A stretch of DNA of 64,000 nt. Origin: Nannocystales bacterium. Lineage in GTDB: Bacteria; Myxococcota_A; Polyangia; Nannocystales; Nannocystaceae. Under the pieces are notes generated by a model. The model had not been told where the DNA came from and did not search any database. It saw only the letters and a program-made list of their open reading frames with translations. This document shows positions 20,616 to 31,234 of this stretch, piece after piece (positions within the stretch are counted from its first letter, which is position 1; every line of letters begins with the position of its first letter). Made by a program: the position numbers and the translations under genes. The stretch lies in the NCBI GenBank assembly GCA_050633305.1, contig JBOEGF010000043.1, positions 160,001 to 224,000 on the forward strand, in the 5' to 3' direction.

Positions 20616-21716
20616 ATGTCGTCCGCTCGTCGGGTTTGCCTGATTTCACTGTTGGCTTTGGGTCCTGGATGCATCCCAGCACCGAGTTTTGAGCTCCCAA
20701 GCGTCACGACCGACGATCCCTTTGAGACCGACGGTCCCTATGACCCGACGGTCGAGCTCCCGGAGGACGACGATGCCGGGACCGACGGAGAGACGGACGG
20801 CGACGGCAAGACCGACACGACGGGCGGCGAGGACCCCAGTGGACCGTGGGATCCCTCGGCCCCCGTGACAAGCGGGACCGACGCGACCGACGGCGTGAGT
20901 GAGACCAGCGGCTGGAGCACCGACGGCAGCGACAGCGGAAGCGGCACCGACGGGTCCGAGACGACCGGCATCCCGCAAGCCGCCTTCCCACCCGCCGAAG
21001 CCTTCGGCGATGACGCGGCCGAGGCGGCTCTGGTCGGAACCTGGACGGTCGACTGGAACCCGGACGGCACGCCCCACTGGTCGCTGGACATCGCCGCAGA
21101 CGGCTCGTTCACGTGGACGGAGGCCGCCGCGGCTTGCAACGACACCGCATCCGCGACGGGCGTGTTGTGGGTCGAGGAGGACTCGCTGGTGATGCACATC
21201 GAGACCTGGAACAAGCGCGACCCTTGGCCGGTCCAGTCGGTCGTGGGGGAGCCGCTCGAGCTTCCGTTCCGGCTTCACCTCGGCTACGCGATGGCGTTGG
21301 GCATGCTGAGCATGAACGGCCCCTGGGAGTTGACCTCGATGCTCGGCTGGGAGGGTCGGGTCTACACCCGCGACGCAGCCTCGGGCCCGGCAGGGGTTTG
21401 GACCGGTACCGCGGCGCTCGAGGCGATTCTCGCCGGGGCGAGCGAGCCGAGGATGATCGTTCGCGACACCTATTCGATGGAGACCGGTGGTGGTGCACAG
21501 GCGACGAGCACCACCCAGCGCACGTGGCTGCACGCGGAGGCGCCGATCGAGCAGCCCGCGGTGGAGGAGACGGGGACCTGGTTCAACCAGACGCCGGGGC
21601 AGCCGCAGGGGATGATCTGGGTGGCCGGCACGGTCCACCTCTACGACAGTGTTCGCTTGGTCGGCTTTGAAGAAAACCGGGTGTTCTACGAAGAAGCGCC
21701 TGCTTCCTGCGACTAG
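20616..21716 (+). CDS. Hypothetical lipoprotein with Thr/Gly/Asp-rich linker
   Basis: LLALGPGC lipobox, low-complexity DGETDG/TTGG linker, beta-rich C-terminal domain. Confidence 0.7.
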   Translation: MSSARRVCLISLLALGPGCIPAPSFELPSVTTDDPFETDGPYDPTVELPEDDDAGTDGETDGDGKTDTTGGEDPSGPWDPSAPVTSGTDATDGVSETSGWSTDGSDSGSGTDGSETTGIPQAAFPPAEAFGDDAAEAALVGTWTVDWNPDGTPHWSLDIAADGSFTWTEAAAACNDTASATGVLWVEEDSLVMHIETWNKRDPWPVQSVVGEPLELPFRLHLGYAMALGMLSMNGPWELTSMLGWEGRVYTRDAASGPAGVWTGTAALEAILAGASEPRMIVRDTYSMETGGGAQATSTTQRTWLHAEAPIEQPAVEETGTWFNQTPGQPQGMIWVAGTVHLYDSVRLVGFEENRVFYEEAPASCD

Positions 21717-21749
21717 AGCATTTCCGGTAGTCTTTGCTCTCGAAGGCCT

Positions 21750-22634
21750 CTAGCGTAGGGCGGCACTCAACGCCGCGCCGAGGTCTGGGTGCCCGAACTC
21801 GAAGCCAGTCTCGAGCAGGCGCTTGGGGAGGACTCGCTGTCCACTGAGAAGCAGGTGCTCGGCCATCTCGCCAAACGCAGCTCTCAACGCAAACTTGGGG
21901 ACGGGCAGGAACGTGGGGCGACGCAGCGCCTTGCCCAGCGCGGCCGTGAAGGCGGCGTTGGTGGCCGGTTCGGGGGCGGTGAGGTTGAATGCGCCCTCGC
22001 ACTCGTCGTGGGTGAGGACGTGGACGATGGCGCGAACCACGTCGTCGAGGTGGATCCACGACATGTACTGGTCTCCGGATCCGAGTCGGCCTCCGACGCC
22101 CATCTTGAACGCCGGCAGCATCTTTGCGAGCGCACCACCGTCGCCCAGCACCGTGCCCAGACGCAGTCGCACAACCCGGAGGCCTTCGAGCGAGGCGGCC
22201 GCTTTGGCCTCGGCCTCCCATGCTCCGCAAACGTCGGCGAGAAACCCTTCGCCAGGCTCGGAGTTCTCGTCGAGCTGTGACGATCCGCGGGCGCCGTAGT
22301 AGCCCACCGCGGACATGGAGATGAACACGGTGGGGCGCGGGTCGGCGAGGCGCAGTGCATCCGCGACGCGCCGGGTGCCCTCAACCCGGGAGGAGCGAAT
22401 GGTCTGCTTGCGAGCGTCGGTCCAACGGCCACCGGCGATGTTTTCCCCCGCGAGGTGGATCACCGCGTCGTAGCCCGTGAGCGCTTCGGGCGGATCGAAG
22501 CCCCGCTCGATGGACCATTGAAGCTCGCCGCTTGCGTCGCGCCGGACAGCGACCGGTGTGTGGCTCGCCTCCTTCAACACTCGCGACAAAGCTCGTCCGA
22601 CGAATCCGCTGGCACCGGTGATGGCGACACGCAC
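21750..22634 (-). CDS. TIGR01777/YfcH-family epimerase-like oxidoreductase
   Basis: ITGASGFVG, IHLAGENI..RWT, SAVGYYG, GSGDQYMSWIH, FNLTAPEP. Confidence 0.92.
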   Translation of the reverse strand: MRVAITGASGFVGRALSRVLKEASHTPVAVRRDASGELQWSIERGFDPPEALTGYDAVIHLAGENIAGGRWTDARKQTIRSSRVEGTRRVADALRLADPRPTVFISMSAVGYYGARGSSQLDENSEPGEGFLADVCGAWEAEAKAAASLEGLRVVRLRLGTVLGDGGALAKMLPAFKMGVGGRLGSGDQYMSWIHLDDVVRAIVHVLTHDECEGAFNLTAPEPATNAAFTAALGKALRRPTFLPVPKFALRAAFGEMAEHLLLSGQRVLPKRLLETGFEFGHPDLGAALSAALR

Positions 22635-22747
22635 GGTCGTTTCTTAGCATTGCTGGACCCTACGACCCGTGGATGCGGCCTGGTGTGCGGAAAACGGGGG
22701 CGGGGCCGGGTCATGCGGGCCCGTCCGTGGACAGCCCCGGCGGCGCC

Positions 22748-23511
<764 letters not shown>

Positions 23512-23515
<4 letters not shown>

Positions 23516-24504
23516 GCCACCTCCGCACGCATCCGCGAGAGGATCAGCAGGAACACGGGGGTTCCCAACAGGATGGTGATGACGCCCGGAGGAAGCGCGA
23601 GCGCCCCGATGCTGCGGGTGAGGAGGTCGACCAGCAGCATCAAGGTCGCGCCGATCAGCGCGGTCGCGGGGAGCAACCGACTGTGCCCGGTGCCGACGAG
23701 CCCGCGTGCAATGTGAGGCACGACCAGCCCCACGAAACCGATGACGCCGGTCAGCGCGGTGCAGATCCCCGCGAGCAGGCCAACCGTCGTGATGCCGACG
23801 CGCCAGGTCCGGCGCAGGTCCACACCCAGGGACGACGCGGTGGCCGGCCCGAGTTGCAACGCATCGAGGTCTTGTCGAAGCCACGCTGCGAGGCCGCCGC
23901 CCAGTCCGAGCGCGGTGGCACCCACAGCCAGGTGCGTCCACGACCGGCCGTCGAAGCTGCCCATCAACCAGCGGACGACCTTCATGCCGATCTCCCAGCG
24001 TTCGATTCCAACCGAGAGCACCAGCGTGGTGATCGCACCGCAGACGGATGCCAGGGCGACGCCGCAGAGGATCAACGTGGAGAGCCGTGCATCGGCCCGC
24101 GCCCATAACATCAGCACCAGCAGGACGCCGATTGCGCCCACGCAGGCGAGCCCCGCGATGACCCACGTCCCGCTCGCGTCCAGGCCCAGCGCCAGACCGA
24201 TTGCACCCGCCATGGCTGCTCCGGCGGACACGCCCAGCACGCCCGGTTCGGCGAGCGGGTTGCGAAACAGCCCCTGCGTGATGGCGCCGGCGAGGCCCAG
24301 CGAAGCGCCGATGGTGATCGCGAGCAGAGACCGCGGCAGCCGGAGGTCCCAGACGAGGGCCCGGGCCAGCGGAGCGACGTCTCGCCCTACGAAAACGGCG
24401 GCGACATCTGCATGCGCGACGTCGCCGGGGCCCAAGACGAGCGAGCACCACAGCGCAACACCGAGCACGAGTGCAACGGCCAGCAGGGTGCTCGGGTGCT
24501 TCAC
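23512..24504 (-). CDS. ABC transporter permease (BtuC/FecCD-type)
   Basis: LRLPR, QGLFRNPLAEPGVLGVSAGA, WLMGS, GVIGFVGLVVPHIAR. Confidence 0.93.
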
Positions 24505-25355
24505 GGAGACGCCTCTTCGATGCGTTGGGCCAGCGCGCGGGTGACCTCGACCATCCGGGGCCCCGTCGCGAACAACAGCGGGCCTTCGAGCGCGATGATG
24601 CGACCCTGCTTCGCGGCAGGGGTGGCATCGACGCCGGGCTGCTTCGCGAACGCAGCCTCGGTCTGCGCGCAGTCGTCCTCGCACGGGATCACGATCGCCG
24701 CCGGCTGCCACGCTACGAGCTGTTCGAGGCTGACGCTGGGGTGTCCGTTCAGCCCTTCGCGGGAGGGCAGGTTCACAAAACCGGCGGCCTCCGCCTCGTC
24801 GGCGAATGTCGTCCCCGCCGCTGCGACGTTGCCACTGGCGTAGGAGACGATGCTCAGGCCGTTTCCAGCATCGGAGCGAGCGGCTTGCAGAGCCTCGTTG
24901 AATGCCTTGATGACGGCGTCACCGCGAGGGGTTGCATCGACCGCAGCGGCGATGGTTCGGACTCGGGCGCGGTAGTCCTCGAAACCGCCGTATCCCGACA
25001 GCACGACGACCTCGATGTTGGACTGCTCGAGCAGGGTGCGTCCGGCGGGGTCGCTCCATTCTGCCAGGAACGCCACCGAAGGTCGCAGCGCGAGCAGGGA
25101 CTCTGAGGTGCCCTTCACACGTGGGACTTCGGCCGGCCAGGTGTTGGTGATCGGGCTGTATCGGGCGTCGTCGACCAATGCGCTGACCGCCACGACCTTG
25201 CCGCGGACGTCCTCCCCCAGTGCCCACAGCGTTGCGTCGCTGTCGATCGTGACGGAGGCGATGCGAACCGTGCTCGGTGCTTCGGCGCTTGGGCGTGGGC
25301 ATCCTGCGAGGCACAGGAAACCCACGGCGAGGCAAGCGAGATGCGCGAGCTTCAT
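24501..25355 (-). CDS. Periplasmic binding lipoprotein (BtuF-type)
   Basis: LAGC lipobox, RIAS, ESLLALRP, SLEQLVAWQP, TGPR. Confidence 0.85.
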   Translation of the reverse strand: MKLAHLACLAVGFLCLAGCPRPSAEAPSTVRIASVTIDSDATLWALGEDVRGKVVAVSALVDDARYSPITNTWPAEVPRVKGTSESLLALRPSVAFLAEWSDPAGRTLLEQSNIEVVVLSGYGGFEDYRARVRTIAAAVDATPRGDAVIKAFNEALQAARSDAGNGLSIVSYASGNVAAAGTTFADEAEAAGFVNLPSREGLNGHPSVSLEQLVAWQPAAIVIPCEDDCAQTEAAFAKQPGVDATPAAKQGRIIALEGPLLFATGPRMVEVTRALAQRIEEASP

Positions 25356-26062
25356 CCTGGCACCGCCTCCACAGCGTCGAGGTCGAACCCTCCAGGACCT
25401 CCGGTGCACCACATCTCGGTTCCGTAGTACGCAGCCGAAACGTCGACGAGACGAACGTAGCGAGCATGCCCGAGCCCGACGTCGGCCAGGTCGAAGGCAT
25501 CCCCGCCGAGGATGGTGTCGCCCTCGAGCCTGACGGGGGTGACCCCGGCGCAGCCCTGGGGCGGCCAGTCGCCAGCACCGGTCAGCTCGCACCCGAATGC
25601 GCGCCACACCTCGCCGTCTTCGCTGACCTGGACCCGGGCGGGCTCGGCGAAGGTCGTGTCTCCGGTGGGGAAGGGGTTCTCATAGATGATGAGGTCGTCG
25701 CCTGGTCCGTCCACGACGCCCGGTGGATCGAAGGCGAGTGTGATCGAGCCGCCACAACCCAGGCTGGCCACATCCAGCGAACCGCCGGACACCTCCGGCA
25801 TCGGCGGCCCCAACACGACGTCGGGCAAGGCATCGTGGCCGTAGACGGCGTCGGGCCCGGGCTCGAACGACTCGATGCAGTCCGCCCACGGGTCGTCCTG
25901 CGTTCCCAGAGCACAGCGCCCCTCGATCGGTGTATCGACGACGCCCGCGGTGTCCACGGGGTCTACGGTGCTCTCGGTCTCGAGAGCATCGGTGTCTTCG
26001 GTCCCGTGCGCGTCGCAGGCGGAAAGTACGAGGAAGAGGATGACGGCGCGTGAGGAGGTCAT
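25352..26062 (-). CDS. Surface lipoprotein, BtuH-like candidate cobamide-binding protein
   Basis: LSAC lipobox; SLGCGGSITLAF, DGPGDDLIIYENPF, AEPARVQVSEDG, GGDAFDLADVGL, GFDLDAV; inside B12 operon. Confidence 0.65.
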   Translation of the reverse strand: MTSSRAVILFLVLSACDAHGTEDTDALETESTVDPVDTAGVVDTPIEGRCALGTQDDPWADCIESFEPGPDAVYGHDALPDVVLGPPMPEVSGGSLDVASLGCGGSITLAFDPPGVVDGPGDDLIIYENPFPTGDTTFAEPARVQVSEDGEVWRAFGCELTGAGDWPPQGCAGVTPVRLEGDTILGGDAFDLADVGLGHARYVRLVDVSAAYYGTEMWCTGGPGGFDLDAVEAVPG

Positions 26063-27291
26063 GGGTCCAGGCCGATCAGGCTGTACGGAGGCAACCCGGT
26101 GGAGATCGGGCCGGCGGTCAGAGACGGTGGGTGCGAGGTGAGGTCGTAAGCGTACAGGCCCGGCGCCTCGGTCTCACGCGAGCCGACCCAGAGCGTTTCG
26201 CCGATACGCTGGACGGTTCGGTCGACGGCTTGAAAGGGCGCTCCGAACGGGACGAGGGTGGGGGGCTCCGCCAGGAGGTCAACCTCGAAGAGCCTCGCGT
26301 GGTCGAAGCAGGGCTGCGGGTTGCTCGAGCAGTCGGGCGTGGTGCCCTCCGCGGGCAGATAGAGTGCGAGCCAGGCCCATTGCCCCGAGGCGTCCACGTC
26401 GAAGGCCAGCGGCTGGTCGTGGTGGCTGGCGCCTACGGCAGCGAGTGCGTCGGGGGAGACCGCCCATGTGCTCTCGAAGGTCCCCAGGTCGATGCGCTCG
26501 ATGCCTGTGGTGAGGCCGAAGACCGTGCTCGGATCGGCGTGGTTGGGCCGAAGCTGGCGCAGCCATGTCCCCTGCAACGAGACGCCTTGACCACCGGCAG
26601 TGTCGGCATCGAAATCCCAGGGGACTCTGCTCGGCAGGTCGACCGCGATGAGCATGTCCTCGTCGACATGGGTGTAGCCGCCCGGCACGTCGAGCCGCTG
26701 TACGCCGACCCACAGCGTGTCTCCGCAGCGCACCGCAGTGCTGGCTTCGGGGCGCCCGTCTTCGTCGGCGAACGGGGAGAGGTCGATGGTGTCGACGACC
26801 GATTCGCCCGCGGCTTCGCTGGCGTCGAACACGAGCAGATCCGAGCTGCCGAACAGGGTGACATAGCCCAGCCCTTCGTCATCGAATGCGATGGCGTGGG
26901 GGTTGGGGGAGACGGCGTCCGCGGCATCCAACGCGTGCTGGCCACGGGACCTCCATGCTCCCGCGTCGAGCATGTCGACGAAGTCGTAGCCGTGGCGGTG
27001 CACGATCGCGGCGCCCTGCGGGGAGGCGTAGGGGACCGCGTCGGGGGATCCGACCGCGACGTCGGCCCGCACGGTGCCATCGGCGTCGACCACCGTGACC
27101 GCGCCGGTCGCGAAGTCCGTGGTGGTGACCACGAGGGTGGTGGGATTGGCGGGCCCGACAACACACGGCGCGGGCTCGGGCATACCGGCTTGTAGAGGGG
27201 CGAGCGGGGACGGATCGCTGGTGTCCTCTGGCGCCAGGAGTGGATCTGCGCATGCGCAGACGCCGAGGAACAGGAGCAGATGGGACTTCAT
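26059..27291 (-). CDS. Beta-propeller-like lipoprotein (YncE/BtuG-like)
   Basis: VCAC lipobox; NPHAIAF..GYVTLFGSSDLLVFD, IDLSPFADEDGRPE, LWVGVQRLD; directly downstream of the TonB receptor. Confidence 0.7.
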   Translation of the reverse strand: MKSHLLLFLGVCACADPLLAPEDTSDPSPLAPLQAGMPEPAPCVVGPANPTTLVVTTTDFATGAVTVVDADGTVRADVAVGSPDAVPYASPQGAAIVHRHGYDFVDMLDAGAWRSRGQHALDAADAVSPNPHAIAFDDEGLGYVTLFGSSDLLVFDASEAAGESVVDTIDLSPFADEDGRPEASTAVRCGDTLWVGVQRLDVPGGYTHVDEDMLIAVDLPSRVPWDFDADTAGGQGVSLQGTWLRQLRPNHADPSTVFGLTTGIERIDLGTFESTWAVSPDALAAVGASHHDQPLAFDVDASGQWAWLALYLPAEGTTPDCSSNPQPCFDHARLFEVDLLAEPPTLVPFGAPFQAVDRTVQRIGETLWVGSRETEAPGLYAYDLTSHPPSLTAGPISTGLPPYSLIGLDP

Positions 27292-29402
27292 GACGATGGG
27301 CCTCCGAATTCGAGAGACAACGTGGTCCACAGCGAGCGGCCGGGGAGTGGATAGCCGAGGTAGTCGCCGATCGGGGCGGGGGTGGGCCTGCGAGCCCCGA
27401 CGGGCAGGGTGACGGGACCGGTCCGTTGGTCGAGCAGGTTGCGAACCTCCAGGGCCCAGTGCACCCGGCGCGCCGCATGCAACTCGATGCCAATGCTCTG
27501 CAAGACCCGCGTGGGGACCTCGTAGCGGCCGGCGGTGTCGAGGCGGGTGCCGCTGAGCACTTCGAGTCCGCTCCGAATGCGTGGGACCAGCTCGACCCCT
27601 CCGGTCACGAACCGACGCCCGATGCTGGCGTGGGTGGCCGCATCGTGCTTTGGCCGTCCTGGAAGCGGTTGGTTTCGAGTGGTCGGGTCGGGACCGCGGG
27701 CGACGGCGTCGGTGAACGTGTAGCTGGCGTCGAGTTCGAGCCGTTCGCCCAACGCGAGGACTCGCCCGAACACCTCGACGCCGCGGACGCGCGCGGCCGC
27801 CAGGTTGACCGCCCGGGACACGCGGCCGGCCGAGACCCAGGTGATGAGGTCCTCGCTCCAGGTTCCGAAGCCCGCGAGCTGTCCGTGCACAGCGAGCGCG
27901 TCGCCGATGTGGTCGAGTACGAACCCGCCATCCACGGACGTGCCGCGCTCCGGAGAGAGGCCCTCGTTGCCTACCGCATAGCCGCGGTCCCCAAACAGCT
28001 CGAGCAGCGTGGGCGCACGGAAGTAGCGACCTACGGAGCCCCGGGCCTCGAGCGGACCGAACAGTCGGACCCGGGCTCCCATGCGTGGTGATGCGCCGAA
28101 CTGCGAGGCGTTGCGGCCCTGGTCGGTGAGCTCCCCCTCGCCGTCTTGCACCGCGAAGCGGTTGGACAACGCATCGAGTCGGACCGCGGGGACGATGCGG
28201 ATCCGTCGTTGGGCGAGGAACTGTTCGGCTTGCACGCCGACACCGACGCCCAGACGGGACCGGGTTGCGTCGCCCGAGGAGCCGCTGAGCGCCGCCGACT
28301 CGTCCACAGCCACCCACTGCGGTCGGACGTCGGCGGTGACCTCGGCGAACGCCATCTTCCACAGGGGGGTGCGCCACCGCGGGCTCGCGTAGACGTCGAG
28401 GCTTCGTACGCGTTGGTCGTTGACGCCCGGTCCGAGTTCCGCGTCGGGGTCGACGAAACGTTGCTGACGTAGGCCGACGCCCAATCGCGCGCCGAGGCGT
28501 CCGCCGGGTCGACCGAACGCCGTGTGCTCGATGCCCGCGACCGTTTGCAGTCCCAGGGTGTCGAGCCGGGCGGCTTCGGCGGGTGCGCCCACGGGTCCCG
28601 CGATCCCGCTTTGGCGGCCGACAAACCACTGTTGCACGTGGCCACGTAGATGCCCCCGCTCCAGGTCGAGTCTGATCCGGGCGAGGGCGCGGTCGTAGTC
28701 GTTGTTGGTGCGCCGAAGCGTCTGGTCGTCGCCTGTGAACGTCGGTGTCGACGCGTCGTCGTAGTAGCGAAAGTCTCCGCGGGCGCCCGCGTAGCTGGCG
28801 TGGGTGGAGAGTGTGAGCCGGGAGGAGAGAGGGACCGCGGCATCGAGCGCGAGTTGACGTCCGCCGAAGCTGCCCAGGCCCGTGGCAAGGTAGACGACTG
28901 GGTCGTCGACCTGCGGGGCTCCGTGGACGTCGAGGGCACCGCCAAGGGTTGCCCCCCCGTAGCGCACGGGAACGAACCCTCTATAGATGTCGACCCGGCT
29001 CATGCCCCGCAAGGGCAGCTCGGAGAGATCGAACTGGCCCCCGAAGGCGTCGCCGAGCGGAACACCGTCGACGAAGATGCCGACCTGTTGAGCTGAGCTC
29101 CCGCGCAGGGAGATCGCGGAGAACTGACCCAAGCCGCCCACGGATCGGACATGCGCGCCTGGAGTTCGGGCGAGGACCTCGGCGAGTCCGTCGTCGGGCG
29201 TCGCACCTCCGGGTTGCTCGAGGTCGACCGCCGTTCCAAAGCCGGGGGTATCTCGGCCGAGCGCGCGCTGATCCTCGAGTTCGTCTTCGGGACGTGTCTC
29301 GACGACAGTTCGAAATGGCGCGGCCTCGGACGGATCTCCGGAGGGATCTGTCGTAGCGAGGGCGACATCGGCAGTCGCTGCAATTGTTGCGGCGCAGAAC
29401 AT
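27288..29402 (-). CDS. TonB-dependent receptor, probable cobalamin transporter (BtuB-like)
   Basis: Plug motif ISLRGSSAQQVGIFVDGVPL, GATLGGAL, FRAPTLLELFG, GNEGLSPE, C-terminal NLLD..YPLPGRS; downstream of cobalamin riboswitch. Confidence 0.88.
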   Translation of the reverse strand: MFCAATIAATADVALATTDPSGDPSEAAPFRTVVETRPEDELEDQRALGRDTPGFGTAVDLEQPGGATPDDGLAEVLARTPGAHVRSVGGLGQFSAISLRGSSAQQVGIFVDGVPLGDAFGGQFDLSELPLRGMSRVDIYRGFVPVRYGGATLGGALDVHGAPQVDDPVVYLATGLGSFGGRQLALDAAVPLSSRLTLSTHASYAGARGDFRYYDDASTPTFTGDDQTLRRTNNDYDRALARIRLDLERGHLRGHVQQWFVGRQSGIAGPVGAPAEAARLDTLGLQTVAGIEHTAFGRPGGRLGARLGVGLRQQRFVDPDAELGPGVNDQRVRSLDVYASPRWRTPLWKMAFAEVTADVRPQWVAVDESAALSGSSGDATRSRLGVGVGVQAEQFLAQRRIRIVPAVRLDALSNRFAVQDGEGELTDQGRNASQFGASPRMGARVRLFGPLEARGSVGRYFRAPTLLELFGDRGYAVGNEGLSPERGTSVDGGFVLDHIGDALAVHGQLAGFGTWSEDLITWVSAGRVSRAVNLAAARVRGVEVFGRVLALGERLELDASYTFTDAVARGPDPTTRNQPLPGRPKHDAATHASIGRRFVTGGVELVPRIRSGLEVLSGTRLDTAGRYEVPTRVLQSIGIELHAARRVHWALEVRNLLDQRTGPVTLPVGARRPTPAPIGDYLGYPLPGRSLWTTLSLEFGGPSS

Positions 29403-29463
29403 GGCGAGTTGACTCCCGTCTCACCACGAGGAAAGCAGGCCCGAGCGTTGTCGGGTGCGCGCA

Positions 29464-29672
29464 CGCGGTGGTGTCCTGGCTTTCGGGTCATCCTCGGGCG
29501 GAGTCCTTCCCAGGCCGGAGCCCAGTGGAGAAGGCGGGTGCCTTCCCGCGCAAATGCGCGTCTACGCCGTCGTCGCCGATTACAGTGGCGGGAGCCGCAT
29601 CGGTCTTTCACCGATTTCCCTCACACAGCCTGGCCAGATGGCCGGGCGTCGTGTGGGCACGAGGCCTCCGCG
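29464..29672 (-). ncRNA. Cobalamin riboswitch
   Basis: Minus strand reads AGGGAAatCGGTGaaagACCGatgCGGctcCCGCCACTGTA ... CCACTG ... TGGGAAGG ... AGCCAGGACACC (B12 box), upstream of the TonB receptor. Confidence 0.93.
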
Positions 29673-29815
29673 AGCGAGCTTGCTTGTCAGGGAACGTCGG
29701 CTGAATGCCGCGGCCCGGAGCGACTGTCAACCGATCACAGTTCGGCCCGCGATGCGCGGTCTAGGACTTCCCTCCCGGGGGCACATTGCGTTAGGCTGCA
29801 GCCAGAGACCCGCAC

Positions 29816-30247
29816 ATGCTCGATTTCCCCATCGGAGAGCTCATCACACCGGAAGAGCAGGTCGCCGTGGCGCGCGCCGTCGCAGTCATGGCATCGCGAG
29901 ACGACGACGTGTCGGACAGCGAGCGTCACTTCGTAGAGGAGCTGATGGGACAGATGATGCTGCTCCCCGAGGAGCGCGATCTCGTCCGAAAAGAGTTCTC
30001 GTCGCCCGGAGACTTGCTCCAGATCGCAAAAGCGGTGAAGCACCGCGAGGCGCGGATCTTCCTCTATTACCAGGCAGTCTGCGCCGCGATGGCCGACAAC
30101 GTTCTGGTCGACGGAGAGCGAGAAGCCCTTGGAAAGCTCGCGACCTCGTTCGAGTTCGACACCGAGGTCGCCGAGCGGTTCGTGAAGTGGGTCCAAGACA
30201 GCCTCGAGCTGCGCGAGCGCGGTCAGCAAGTCCTCGTCGAGATGTAG
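29816..30247 (+). CDS. TerB/DjlA-N-like protein
   Basis: VMASRDDDVSDSE and AMADNVLVDGE repeated helical motifs. Confidence 0.7.
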   Translation: MLDFPIGELITPEEQVAVARAVAVMASRDDDVSDSERHFVEELMGQMMLLPEERDLVRKEFSSPGDLLQIAKAVKHREARIFLYYQAVCAAMADNVLVDGEREALGKLATSFEFDTEVAERFVKWVQDSLELRERGQQVLVEM

Positions 30248-30372
30248 GCGTCGCCCGCCCTGGCCTTTGCCAACGCCGGCCGGGGTCGACCCTCCGAAAT
30301 GCGAACTTCGCGCCGCCCTTGAGGCGGCGTTGATCGTTGTACAGCCGAGTGCGGTGGCGCGATGTCTAGCGC

Positions 30373-30401
30373 TTGCCAGGGGCTGGCCACTCACCCATAC
30401 T
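30373..30401 (+). promoter_or_regulatory. Sigma70-type promoter of rpoZ (TTGCCA-N17-CATACT)
   Basis: 17-nt spacing; -10 ends 9 nt before ATG 30411, no Shine-Dalgarno. Confidence 0.6.
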
Positions 30402-30410
30402 CCGCGGCCC

Positions 30411-30968
30411 ATGGCTCGGGTCACGGTTGAAGATTGTCTCGCTCGCGTTCCCAACCGGTTCGCGCTCACGGTCCTCGGTTCTCGTCGCGCTCGCGCGATC
30501 AGTGAGGGTCGCGGTCGCGCCCTTGTTGAGTGCGAGAACAAAGAGGGCGTCACCGCACTCCGCGAGATCAGCGCCGATCGCGTCCGGTACAAGGAAGTCG
30601 TCTCCGAGACGGTCACCGAGTTCATCGAGGAGCAACGCCGCCAGCTTCGAGTCACGACCGGAGAGCATACCTTCCTCGAGGCAGCGTCTCTTCGTGCGCT
30701 CGAAGATGATGATGACGAGGATGGCGTCGAAGAGCCCGACGTCGAGGAGCTGCAGACCGACCCCGAGAAGCTGAACAAGCAGGCTCAGGGCGACAGCACG
30801 CAGAGCGACGACGATGAGGACGGGGACAGCGACGGGGACAGCGAGTCCTCCTCCGAGAACGCGGACACCCCGGCTGCGGACGCTGATGACCTCGACACGG
30901 AGGCGCTCGGTGACGACGTCGACGGCGAGGACGACGGCGAAGATGGCGATGCCGCCAAGGGCAGCTGA
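30411..30968 (+). CDS. rpoZ: RNA polymerase omega subunit with long acidic C-terminal tail
   Basis: MARVTVEDCL..NRFAL..RRARAI..NKEGVTALREI. Confidence 0.93.
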   Translation: MARVTVEDCLARVPNRFALTVLGSRRARAISEGRGRALVECENKEGVTALREISADRVRYKEVVSETVTEFIEEQRRQLRVTTGEHTFLEAASLRALEDDDDEDGVEEPDVEELQTDPEKLNKQAQGDSTQSDDDEDGDSDGDSESSSENADTPAADADDLDTEALGDDVDGEDDGEDGDAAKGS

Positions 30969-30981
30969 AGCTCTCGTCCGA

Positions 30982-31224
30982 TTGGCTGCTGGAGCCGCGG
31001 TTGCGCAAGCGATCGCGGCTTCCGCGTGTGCGGACCGATCGCCCCCCCCGGCTTGGCCCGACCCGCCTCCGCCGGTGTTGGCGGAGCCCTTGCCCGAGGC
31101 GGGCCCGCGTCCCGAGGGGGATGTGGCGCCCGACGCAGATGCGGTGCCCGACGCGAAGCAGGCCGAGGCCGATGGCGCGCCGAAGAGCGAACCGGGGCTG
31201 ACGTCGCCGGCTCCCCCGAAGTAG
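30982..31224 (+). CDS. Possible small Pro-rich lipoprotein
   Basis: TTG start, AAVAQAIAASAC lipobox-like, fills rpoZ-carboxylase gap. Confidence 0.3.
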   Translation: MAAGAAVAQAIAASACADRSPPPAWPDPPPPVLAEPLPEAGPRPEGDVAPDADAVPDAKQAEADGAPKSEPGLTSPAPPK

Positions 31225-31234
31225 GGTGCGGGCC

